The notes: generated from the sequence alone by a model not told the origin. A stretch of 56,519 nucleotides of DNA from Candidatus Saccharimonadota bacterium (GCA_018060465.1 JAGOVX010000001.1:1-56519); one strand, 5' to 3'; counted from the stretch's first letter, positions 45,045 to 53,145 are shown. Made by a program: numbers and translations.

Positions 45045-45551
45045 ATGACAGTAACTAGTTTCGAACACCCACGACAACATAATCTACCTAGCATACTTGA
45101 CAGGCTTCGCGACCGCTTGTCTACTGTTGCTGTACGTGATAGTATCAAGCCCCCAATGAATGACAACAGCTCTCCAGCCGATACAGTATCATTTGCTACT
45201 ATCGCCGATATCACTGCTAAGCTTCGCAACGAACCAAACAGCCCCAATCTACATGAATCACTCACTACGGCAACTGAAAGTCTGGCTACACGCATTAGGA
45301 TAGAAACACCTCGTGCAGAGGCATCATCAGATCGCCAACTAGGGATTGCGCAGGTTTGGACTGCACTACACGCCTATGATGCCCACCCTACTGATGAGAC
45401 ATACGACCTAGCTCAGACAGCTGTAAATCATATGGCAGGAGAAGGACAAGCCGCACTCGCACAAGCGCTTTCTTTCGCCAGAAATAATGGCTCAACCGTT
45501 GACGAAGAACTCGACAAAATAAATCTATCAAGTCATGAGCACGTTAGCTAG
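45045..45551 (+). CDS. Hypothetical protein (168 aa)
   Basis: An ORF with no recognisable family. Its 3' end overlaps the convergent TrmB-like gene by 8 nt. Confidence 0.4.
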   Translation: MTVTSFEHPRQHNLPSILDRLRDRLSTVAVRDSIKPPMNDNSSPADTVSFATIADITAKLRNEPNSPNLHESLTTATESLATRIRIETPRAEASSDRQLGIAQVWTALHAYDAHPTDETYDLAQTAVNHMAGEGQAALAQALSFARNNGSTVDEELDKINLSSHEHVS

Positions 45552-46392
45552 GATGATGTTGTGCGAGCGTATCACTATCAATCCACTTCATCGGCTGACT
45601 TTCTGCCCAGACTTGTTCAAACAGCAACCCGAACATACGCGTTGCTGAAGCATGGCGTACTACAATCGAAACTCTGTCATCGGTGTTATCTGGGTTACTG
45701 TATGACACTACGGCCAAATCATCATCAAAAAGCATCAAATGGAATCCACGCTCTTGTTGACGTATGCGAACTTCAATACCTAGCTTTTTCCACGTATTGA
45801 GTACAAAATAGTTCGCAGCGCGACGTTCCTGCACTACATGCTGTATATGTACACCACGCATAACTGCGGCCTCTTGTGCACGCACAATTTCTTTTGAATA
45901 CGCAATACCGATAGTATATAGCTTTATCGAGCGTTTCGCGTTATCCGCCCAGATCTTGTAGTGTCTATATAGCTCATTTTTGCCAATAAGCACTTGTGGC
46001 GCGTGAGTGTTAAATGTCAAATTCACCGTTTTTAGCATCTCCTGTAATTCAGCTACATGTGTAACTTGCGCCGTGCCTAAGCCTATATCAGGGTCAACGA
46101 GCTCGATACGTCGCGGGCGTGTTCGATTAATCACGACTAGTCCAAGCTTCTCAAGTTCATATGACAGCCGGTACACTGCATTCGCAAACACCCCTAGGCA
46201 ATCAGCAGCATGCGCTGCTGTAAGTGAACCGTGATGATACACGCTCGCATACAGTCGGCGCTCATCAAGGCTTAGCCCAAGCTTCACCAAATATAACTCA
46301 ATACCTGCGGGCAATAACCCATCACATTCATCTGAGCACGGGCTGCTAACGTGGCGTATCTTCGTATCAGCTTTCATCTTCTTGCTATTCAT
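45544..46392 (-). CDS. TrmB-like transcriptional regulator with an N-terminal extension and a PLD-like C-domain
   Basis: HTH region ERRLYASVYHHGSLTAAHAADCLGVFANAVYRLSYELEKLGLVV. The C-terminal half is collinear with that of 10382..11152. GAGGTGA SD lies 5 nt upstream of the ATG. Confidence 0.55.
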   Translation of the reverse strand: MNSKKMKADTKIRHVSSPCSDECDGLLPAGIELYLVKLGLSLDERRLYASVYHHGSLTAAHAADCLGVFANAVYRLSYELEKLGLVVINRTRPRRIELVDPDIGLGTAQVTHVAELQEMLKTVNLTFNTHAPQVLIGKNELYRHYKIWADNAKRSIKLYTIGIAYSKEIVRAQEAAVMRGVHIQHVVQERRAANYFVLNTWKKLGIEVRIRQQERGFHLMLFDDDLAVVSYSNPDNTDDRVSIVVRHASATRMFGLLFEQVWAESQPMKWIDSDTLAQHHPS

Positions 46393-46405
46393 ACTATCAC
46401 CTCAC

Positions 46406-46437
46406 GTATATTTTAACAAATGAATGTTAAAATATAC
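46406..46437. promoter_or_regulatory. Perfect 13-bp inverted repeat GTATATTTTAACA-6 nt-TGTTAAAATATAC (candidate operator)
   Basis: Read and paired base by base. It lies in the 90-nt divergent intergenic region. Confidence 0.55.
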
Positions 46438-46477
46438 TATATAACTATTTATAAATATATGCAATAGTTATATAGTA
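46435..46477. promoter_or_regulatory. Perfect 15-bp inverted repeat TACTATATAACTATT-13 nt-AATAGTTATATAGTA (candidate operator or cruciform)
   Basis: Read and paired base by base. It overlaps the first repeat by 3 nt and ends 5 nt before the ATG at 46483. Confidence 0.55.
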
Positions 46478-46482
46478 GTGGC

Positions 46483-47469
46483 ATGACAACCAAATCCACA
46501 ATTTTTTCACGTCCAAAACTGTATGAAAAACTTGCTACAGAAATTGGTACTACTCCCCTGCTAGAACAGCAGCCGTTAGAAGATGTATGGACAAAATTCG
46601 AATCCGCCAATCCATCCGGGTCACATTACGACCGTGCGTATTGCGAAAACATAGCAGCACTCGAAATCGCGGGCGCAATACGTCCTGGTGACGAACTTCG
46701 CGATATATCATCAGGCAGTGCGGGCATCTCCTTGTCATATCTTGCAAGCCGACTTGAGTACAACGCCCGTATACTAGTACCTTCTGAGCTTCCCGAGGCA
46801 CGCGTGAAACCTATGCGTGATCTTGGCGCACAAGCAATCTGTACTGGTAGTGGCTACGTAGAGCAAGCGTCGAAGGTCCAACTCGATGATATGCTTCGTT
46901 TTAAGGGTGACCCCAATTACACTCGAATATTTTTTGACCGTGCTACCACTGGCATGAAAGCCGTTATTTTTGAGAATAACGAAAATGGAAAAAGGGTGTG
47001 TTTTTTGAATCACTCTGAAAATCCAGCTACAGTCGATGCGTTTACAACGATTGCTCATGAAATAATCGACGAAGCTCCTCGACCTTTCGATGCAGTTGCA
47101 CTGGCCCTTGGCAATGGTACAACTATTTGTGGCATCGCACCCGTACTGAAGCATGCGTGGCCAGATACAACAATCATTGGTTATACGGGCCGTCGCGATG
47201 AACCTATTGAAAACTTTGGTACAGCCACCGTAAACACAGATGTTCCTTTGACATATCAAAAACCAGCACTTGATCTACTAGACCAACTGGTAGAAGTAGG
47301 TGCTGATGCACGAGATACAATGCATAGCCGCATAAACAACGATCTACCTCGCGAGCAACAAATGGGACGAAGTAGTCTATTAGGGCTTGTAACCGCAGCG
47401 AAATACCAGGAAGAACACCCAGGTTCCCTTGTACTTACAATAGGCTATGACACGATGAATCGGTATTAA
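46483..47469 (+). CDS. Cysteine synthase/Trp-synthase-beta-fold (fold-type II PLP) homologue lacking the Schiff-base lysine
   Basis: Collinear with CysK: IGTTPLL, ESANPSGSHYDR (versus NPxxSxKxR), SSGSAGISL (versus TSGNTGIAL), LGNGTTICGI (versus GTGGTLTGV), and the C-terminal SSLLGLVTAA...VLTIGYD. The Lys position is Tyr49 (TAC at 46627..46629). Confidence 0.75.
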   Translation: MTTKSTIFSRPKLYEKLATEIGTTPLLEQQPLEDVWTKFESANPSGSHYDRAYCENIAALEIAGAIRPGDELRDISSGSAGISLSYLASRLEYNARILVPSELPEARVKPMRDLGAQAICTGSGYVEQASKVQLDDMLRFKGDPNYTRIFFDRATTGMKAVIFENNENGKRVCFLNHSENPATVDAFTTIAHEIIDEAPRPFDAVALALGNGTTICGIAPVLKHAWPDTTIIGYTGRRDEPIENFGTATVNTDVPLTYQKPALDLLDQLVEVGADARDTMHSRINNDLPREQQMGRSSLLGLVTAAKYQEEHPGSLVLTIGYDTMNRY

Positions 47470-47921
47470 GCAATGGCTATAACTTTGTAGTTGATCTCGC
47501 CCTTCGGCGTAGTTACGGTGGCGGTTTCGCCAACTTTTTTGCCCATCAAGGCAACACCAATCGGTGATTCGTTTGAGATTTTTCCAGATACTGGGTCGGC
47601 TTCCACTGGCCCTACAATGTGATACTCGAGTTTTTTGTTGCCATTTTTTAGCTCAACCTTGCTACCCAGGCCAATAGCTGTCTTTTTGTGACCTTTTATT
47701 AGTTCAGCATTTAGCAATATATCTTCAATCTCAGCAATCCGACTCTCTACCAAGCCTTGCTCCTCCCTTGCGGCATCATATTCAGCATTTTCAGATAAAT
47801 CACCGTAATCGCGGGCATCAGCAATTTTTTCAGCAATCGTGCCACGTCGACCTTTTAGTTTTTCGAGTTCTGCCTCGAGTTCTTTTTTTCCTTCGCTGGT
47901 AATTTGGTATATTTTTTTCAT
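47466..47921 (-). CDS. greA: Transcription elongation factor GreA
   Basis: N-terminal coiled coil (LEKLKGRRGTIAEKIADARDYGDLSENAEYDAAREEQ) plus a C-terminal FKBP-like domain. AAGGAG SD is present. Confidence 0.9.
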   Translation of the reverse strand: MKKIYQITSEGKKELEAELEKLKGRRGTIAEKIADARDYGDLSENAEYDAAREEQGLVESRIAEIEDILLNAELIKGHKKTAIGLGSKVELKNGNKKLEYHIVGPVEADPVSGKISNESPIGVALMGKKVGETATVTTPKGEINYKVIAIA

Positions 47922-47963
47922 CGCATTGGCTCCTTTCGTACTATAGCAACAGTCTTATAAAGA

Positions 47964-47980
47964 GGTGCCACTAGGGCACC
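47964..47980 (-). terminator. Short hairpin GGTGCC-5 nt-GGCACC followed by TCTTTAT downstream of proS (weak terminator candidate)
   Basis: Read directly. The stem is only 6 bp. Confidence 0.3.
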
Positions 47981-48029
47981 ACCATGATTCATATTCTGTT
48001 CGTAAACCCTCTCGCCCAAAGACTTGTGT

Positions 48030-49277
48030 TTACAATTTTTCTAGTCTATCAAACAGCTCTTGGCGTGTCAATATTTCTTGCTGTCCATTTGACCGCACGC
48101 AAAATTCGATTTTTTGCTCATCAACCAAGCGGTCGCTTACTGTTATTCGATACGGAATACCCAGTAGTTCGGCGTCGGCAAATTTAGTACCTGGGCGCTC
48201 GTCGCGGTCATCATACAGTACCTCAATACCCTTTGCGCTAAGCTCATCATACAATTTGTCAGCCTCAGCCGTGCCCTTTTCGCCGATAGAAACCAGATAT
48301 ACTTTGTACGGTGCGACGTTTTCTGGCCACACAATGCCTTTGTCATCGCTATATAACTCAGCGAGGAGCCCCATAACGCGGCTCGGGCCAATGCCATAGC
48401 TTCCCATAAATACTTTTTGACTTTCGCCGTTTTCGTCAGTGTACGTCAGATCAAGCGCATCTGAAAACTTTGTACCAAGCGTAAAAATATTGCCCACTTC
48501 AACAGCTTTTTTCTCTACGAGTTCTTCCTTTTTCACCCCTAGGTCAGCCAGCACTTCATCGTTGTAGACTTCTTCGTTAATCGCAATTCTCTTGCCCTCA
48601 TGTACGTAAATAGTATCTTCACCGACCTCGCTCAGTGTTTGAAATTCGTGGCTGTATTTACTAAAACTCCCCCCGCTCGCGAAGGTTTTATACGTGATAT
48701 CGCCAATACCCAATCGTGCATACACTCTGTCGTATGCGTCGCTAATACGTTCGTAAAATGCTTCATGTTCATCACGATCACGCGAAAACGAATACAGGTC
48801 TTTCATCCAAAATTCGCGGCCACGCATAAGCCCGCTTTTGCTGCGGAGTTCATTGCGAAACTTAATCTGAAATTGATATGGATAGACAGGCAAATCTTTG
48901 TAGCTTGCGATATGATTCTTCATAAGTTTTGTCAGCGGCTCCTCGTGGGTAGGCGCCAGGCCAAGTTCGGTTCCGTTGGCAAGTTTGGTTTTGAACCACA
49001 CGTCCATCACGTCGTCATTCCAGCGTCCACTTGCTTGCCAGGTTTCTTTTTGCTGGAGCGCCGTTAGGCTGATTTCATTACCTCCAACGCCGTCCATTTC
49101 TTCCCGAATAATCTGTATTACTTTTTCAAGCACCCGTTTGCCGAGTGGCAAATAGGTATAAACACCCGCCATTTCTTTATGTACATAACCCGCCCGAATC
49201 AAAAGCTGGGCATTCTTCGCCACTTCATCAGCAGGTGCTGTTTTACTTGTCTTGGTGAATAATTTTGATACTCTCAT
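48030..49277 (-). CDS. proS: Proline--tRNA ligase, bacterial-type but lacking the INS editing domain
   Basis: Collinear with E. coli ProRS at both ends (motifs 1-3, C-terminal anticodon-binding domain). Between motifs 2 and 3, about 180 aa of INS are replaced by about 25 aa. Total length is 415 aa. Confidence 0.95.
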   Translation of the reverse strand: MRVSKLFTKTSKTAPADEVAKNAQLLIRAGYVHKEMAGVYTYLPLGKRVLEKVIQIIREEMDGVGGNEISLTALQQKETWQASGRWNDDVMDVWFKTKLANGTELGLAPTHEEPLTKLMKNHIASYKDLPVYPYQFQIKFRNELRSKSGLMRGREFWMKDLYSFSRDRDEHEAFYERISDAYDRVYARLGIGDITYKTFASGGSFSKYSHEFQTLSEVGEDTIYVHEGKRIAINEEVYNDEVLADLGVKKEELVEKKAVEVGNIFTLGTKFSDALDLTYTDENGESQKVFMGSYGIGPSRVMGLLAELYSDDKGIVWPENVAPYKVYLVSIGEKGTAEADKLYDELSAKGIEVLYDDRDERPGTKFADAELLGIPYRITVSDRLVDEQKIEFCVRSNGQQEILTRQELFDRLEKL

Positions 49278-49280
49278 CTG

Positions 49281-50039
49281 TTATATGATACCAGCAATTG
49301 AGGTATTGATAAAGAGAAAGTAGAATGCCACCGCATTCTTCAGGCCATGCAGCAGCACGCTCGCCCAGATTGATCCGGTGTAAACACGAAGCGTACCTAG
49401 CACAATACCAAGGGCAAAGGTATCAAGTCCAACCGTCCACTGAATATGATCGGCCGGTAAATGCAAGCCTCCAAATGCCAGCGCCGTCACAACAACTGCA
49501 ACATATGCAGGCATCTTTGTCTGAAGCTTGCCCAGTAAATACCCCCGAAACAGCAACTCCTCTGCGAGCGGCGCAAGCACCACCAACGTCATAAATGCCA
49601 CCACATACTCAAACGATTGTGCCATATTATGGAACGGTATTTCTTGCGGCTGCTGGGTAGCGAAAATTTGTGGCCAAATCGCATTGGCAATATATGCAAA
49701 CATCATCGTCAAAATAATGTACGGAACTATCGAAAGCGCTGTCATGGCGATATCTTTCCAAAGTACCAGTCGTTCGACGCCCATTTCTTTTCTTGTCGTG
49801 TGTTTCTTTACAAGTTTAGGCAATAGCACAACTGCGAGCACCGCCAGCATATACGCGAGACCCGCAAATACTGTCGACAGTACTGCCTCATTCAGCAGCT
49901 TGATTACAGGAAAAATAGAGGCCATAGCACGCAGCACAAGCGACGCCACTATTTGCGCACCAATAAATGCCACGATCGCCCACACAACATAGGCTATCGT
50001 GTACCCGAATGTTTTAGCGAAGGATTTTAAATACATCAA
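49281..50039 (-). CDS. CPBP-family intramembrane glutamic endopeptidase (CAAX protease-like)
   Basis: APLAEELLFRGYLL (EExxxR motif) and distal FGGLHL / LLHGLKN His motifs. Multi-TM. Confidence 0.8.
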   Translation of the reverse strand: MMYLKSFAKTFGYTIAYVVWAIVAFIGAQIVASLVLRAMASIFPVIKLLNEAVLSTVFAGLAYMLAVLAVVLLPKLVKKHTTRKEMGVERLVLWKDIAMTALSIVPYIILTMMFAYIANAIWPQIFATQQPQEIPFHNMAQSFEYVVAFMTLVVLAPLAEELLFRGYLLGKLQTKMPAYVAVVVTALAFGGLHLPADHIQWTVGLDTFALGIVLGTLRVYTGSIWASVLLHGLKNAVAFYFLFINTSIAGII

Positions 50040-51174
50040 GAATTGTTACCACCATTACAAGCCCCATTAGTACCATGAAGCCAAATCCTTGTATTTTTTC
50101 TTCTTTTTCCTTTGTAAGTGGTTTTTTCAGCACACGAAAGATAGTCATGACAAACCAGCGACCGCCATCGAGCGCTGGGATAGGCAATATATTCATCACC
50201 GCGAGGCTCAATGAAATAATACCTGTTAGCAACAGCAGTGGCTTGATACCAGCTTGCTCCATTTGTGGGAAAATCACGCCTAGAATACCTATTGGACCAG
50301 ATACGCTGCCAGCTGCTTCATCGAGGGCTCGTTGTCCGTGTACTTGCGCGGTTTTGTCGCCACTTATTTTATTTACTACCCCGATAGCCAAATTGCCAAC
50401 CAACTTGCCGAGGCCTTTGAATGTTTCAGCCGTCAGCTGCACAGTTGTGCCCACGCCAACAATTGGCGCCGACCATGTTGCTCGTATCTCTGTACGTTCA
50501 GATGATCCAACACCTAAGTAGCCTTTGCCGTCCGCATTGCTGGCGCGCAATGTTGCCGCCGTTGTGTGTTCCTCGTGAGCTCGTGAGTACGTGATTTTTA
50601 CTGTTTTACCAGCGTTTGCTTTTGTGGTTTCCGCCAAGGCTACAGCCGTCTGAATCTCTTTTCCATCAATGAGCAGCACCTCATCCCCAATTTGTAATCC
50701 AGCTTTACTCGCCGGACTGCCATTGCCCACCGAGGCAACCTGCAAACCTGCTACGTTGATCTGCGTATCACTTGGCACGCTAAATTGGTTTGGCAATATC
50801 TTCGGCAACCCTACAATAGCCAGCAACGTAAATATCACTATCGACGCCAGCCAATTCATGGCTACGCCTGCCAGTAATATTCTTGTTTTTGGCCAGTAGC
50901 CTGCCTTTCCATAATCTCCGTGATTTTTTGCTGAATCATATTCACCTTGCAATCGTACAAAACCACCAAGCGGTAGCCAGTTCAGGCTATATTCAACATT
51001 TTTGCCCAATATACTATGTTTCACCTTCCAGGCCTTGGCACGTGGCGGAAACCCTACGCCAAATTCTTCTACTACAACTCCATTGCGCCGCGCCACAATC
51101 GCATGCCCTAGTTCGTGCACAACGACGAGCGCTACTAATATTATGAGCCCAGTTATAATGCCAAGTATCAACAT
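50014..51174 (-). CDS. rseP: RIP metalloprotease RseP (M50 site-2 protease) with a PDZ domain
   Basis: HELGHAIVA (HExxH in TM1), PDZ (GSPASKAGLQIGDEVLLIDG), NILPIPALDGG. Confidence 0.9.
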   Translation of the reverse strand: MLILGIITGLIILVALVVVHELGHAIVARRNGVVVEEFGVGFPPRAKAWKVKHSILGKNVEYSLNWLPLGGFVRLQGEYDSAKNHGDYGKAGYWPKTRILLAGVAMNWLASIVIFTLLAIVGLPKILPNQFSVPSDTQINVAGLQVASVGNGSPASKAGLQIGDEVLLIDGKEIQTAVALAETTKANAGKTVKITYSRAHEEHTTAATLRASNADGKGYLGVGSSERTEIRATWSAPIVGVGTTVQLTAETFKGLGKLVGNLAIGVVNKISGDKTAQVHGQRALDEAAGSVSGPIGILGVIFPQMEQAGIKPLLLLTGIISLSLAVMNILPIPALDGGRWFVMTIFRVLKKPLTKEKEEKIQGFGFMVLMGLVMVVTILDVFKILR

Positions 51175-51864
51175 CTATCCTCCAAATCTGCGTTGTCTAT
51201 TTGCGTATTCATCTAGTATAGCAGTCACGTCGTCTTTATTCATGTCTGGCCAGTGTTTATCCACAAAAAGTAATTCACTATAGGCAGCACGCCACAACAT
51301 AAAGTTGGACAAACGCTGTTCGCCGCTTGTACGAACTATCAAATCACAGGGTGGCACCTCTGGCGCATATATATTCTCGGCGATCAGTTCCGGTGTAATA
51401 TCCTCGAGTTGCGCACCAGATTGAACAATTTTTTTAACTGCATCCGCTATCTCTAGTTGGCCGCCGTAATTCAGACAAAGCAACAGCTCGCCACCAGTAT
51501 AGTGGGCGGTTTTCTGTTCGGCATGCTTGATAGACTCGATGATATCATCTGCAAGCCCCTCTTGTGTGCCAATAACGCGCAGCCGTACATTATTTTCTTC
51601 AAATAATTTGATGTCCTGTGCCAAAATAGTTCGTAGCATTCTCATGATACGCGCCACTTCGTCTTCCGAGCGTTTCCAATTTTCAGTACTAAATACATAT
51701 GCGCTGGCATATTTCACGCCTCGTCGCAATGTTTCCAGTAGCACATCTTGCATGGCATTATAGCCCGCTAAATGACCCTCGTACCCAGGCAAGCCGTGCT
51801 GTTTTGCCCAGCGGCGGTTGCCGTCTACTATGTAGCCTATGTGGGTGGGGATTTTTTCAGTCAT
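51175..51864 (-). CDS. uppS: Isoprenyl transferase (undecaprenyl-diphosphate synthase)
   Basis: HIGYIVDGNRRWA, FSTENWKRS, RTSGEQRLSNFMLW. Confidence 0.95.
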   Translation of the reverse strand: MTEKIPTHIGYIVDGNRRWAKQHGLPGYEGHLAGYNAMQDVLLETLRRGVKYASAYVFSTENWKRSEDEVARIMRMLRTILAQDIKLFEENNVRLRVIGTQEGLADDIIESIKHAEQKTAHYTGGELLLCLNYGGQLEIADAVKKIVQSGAQLEDITPELIAENIYAPEVPPCDLIVRTSGEQRLSNFMLWRAAYSELLFVDKHWPDMNKDDVTAILDEYANRQRRFGG

Positions 51865-51891
51865 ATCCTAGAGTTGCTATGTTCAACATTT

Positions 51892-52446
51892 TTATATCGT
51901 CAATATTTCTTTTTCTTTAGCCTTGAACGCAATATCGATCTTTTCCTGATATGTATGCATCAAGGCATCAAAGGCTTTTTCAACAGCTCGTTCATCATCT
52001 TCAGATAGCTCTTTTGCTTCTTTTTTGCGCTTGGCATCTTTCAGGGCATCCTGACGTACACCGCGCATCGCAATACGGCATTCTTCCACCTTGTCACCCA
52101 GCTGTTTTACCATCTCGCGACGGCGTTCTTCGGTGAGTGGTGGGATTGGCACGCGCACTACGCGACCATCATCGCTTGGGTTGAAGCCCAGACTTTGATC
52201 TTCGCGGATTGCTGCCGCAATCGCTTGAATATTACTTGGGTCAAATGGACTCACAAGTAGCATCTGTGGTTCTGGCGCGGTCACATTAGCCACTTGATTG
52301 AGTGGCATTTTTGCCCCATAGGCTAGTACGTGCACACTTCCTAGCATGTCTGGATGTGCCCGCCCAGTACGCACCTTCTTCAGCTCATCACCAAAATGCT
52401 CCAGTGCGTGGTCCATTTTTACTTCGTAGGGTTTTGTGTCAAACAT
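51892..52446 (-). CDS. frr: Ribosome recycling factor
   Basis: 184 aa with KVRTGRAHPDML, IPPLTEERRREMVK and the usual helical C-terminus. Confidence 0.95.
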   Translation of the reverse strand: MFDTKPYEVKMDHALEHFGDELKKVRTGRAHPDMLGSVHVLAYGAKMPLNQVANVTAPEPQMLLVSPFDPSNIQAIAAAIREDQSLGFNPSDDGRVVRVPIPPLTEERRREMVKQLGDKVEECRIAMRGVRQDALKDAKRKKEAKELSEDDERAVEKAFDALMHTYQEKIDIAFKAKEKEILTI

Positions 52447-52483
52447 TATAATAGTCCTCTTTCTCTTGAGGACTATTATAGCA
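52447..52483 (-). promoter_or_regulatory. Perfect 13-bp hairpin abutting the frr ATG that pairs the SD (GAGGA); its 5' arm also carries an extended -10 (TGCTATAAT)
   Basis: The minus strand reads TGC-TATAATAGTCCTC-AAGAGAAA-GAGGACTATTATA-ATG. Arms are at 52480..52468 and 52459..52447. Confidence 0.5.
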
Positions 52484-52513
52484 AGTTTTTACCATCTTTG
52501 CCGTACGTACGTA

Positions 52514-52996
52514 TCAATACGGCACGATATCATGTACGTCCTCAAATGGACTTTTAGGTAGCGGGCCTGTCTTGTCTTCATCAAAATAATTTACTCTTTT
52601 TAGACCCGCTACCCATTCTAAACATGCTATATTCTGGCCCGATCCAACTGCGCCGCCAATCTCTTCGACACCCAGGCGCAGAGCATACCCAGGTGTGTTT
52701 CGATCGACTACCTGGCCTCTCACAACAGTACCATCATCGTGTACATCTGAAATAACAGCTTGATCTAGTGTCATGTGAACCCGTATTCTTTGGCCATCTG
52801 GGTGTATCCCCTCCAAAACTAGCAGATGCGCTGTCTCTTGATTCAAGTACCGATTTGTAGTACCTTCAAAATCAATTATAGTGCCAGGCTTGTCAACAAC
52901 GATAGCTACTGTGCCGTCCGAAAACTCTACTTGCCTTGTAGGCATCCGTTCATCTTCATGATTAGTATGTGGTGCTATATGATCGTGATGTGTCAT
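52514..52996 (-). CDS. Hypothetical protein (160 aa, His-rich N-terminus)
   Basis: An ORF with AAGAGGT SD about 10 nt upstream. I recognised no family. It lacks the amino-acid-kinase motifs, so it is not PyrH. Confidence 0.45.
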   Translation of the reverse strand: MTHHDHIAPHTNHEDERMPTRQVEFSDGTVAIVVDKPGTIIDFEGTTNRYLNQETAHLLVLEGIHPDGQRIRVHMTLDQAVISDVHDDGTVVRGQVVDRNTPGYALRLGVEEIGGAVGSGQNIACLEWVAGLKRVNYFDEDKTGPLPKSPFEDVHDIVPY

Positions 52997-53145
52997 GTTT
53001 GATACAACCTCTTTTTATTTTTGTAGTTTTATAATATCATCTTACTCTTTTTCTCTTGATTTGTCAAGTGTGCACCCGTCAAAGTTTACTCCTCGTACCA
53101 TGTCTAAAAAGACGTACCTACACACGGGTATCGTATACTAGTACT

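Noticed and set aside
47964-47990. A TGGCAC element on the minus strand upstream of greA resembles the -24 box of a sigma-54 promoter.
   Set aside because: The required -12 TTGC element is absent at the correct spacing. The bases form the proS-distal hairpin instead.
52501-52513. A self-complementary (ACGT)n run, CCGTACGTACGTA, lies next to the stop of 52514..52996.
   Set aside because: It is only 12-13 nt with no flanking structure or repetition elsewhere that I could see. It is probably incidental.
53056-53145. N-terminal extensions in the ORF track: recF from TTG at 53056, the PP-loop protein from 32225, and membrane paralogue 3 from 10361.
   Set aside because: The extensions have no homology to the respective families, or they overlap upstream genes or operator palindromes. 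Internal ATGs at 53146, 32150 and 10301 give N-termini that match homologues or paralogues.
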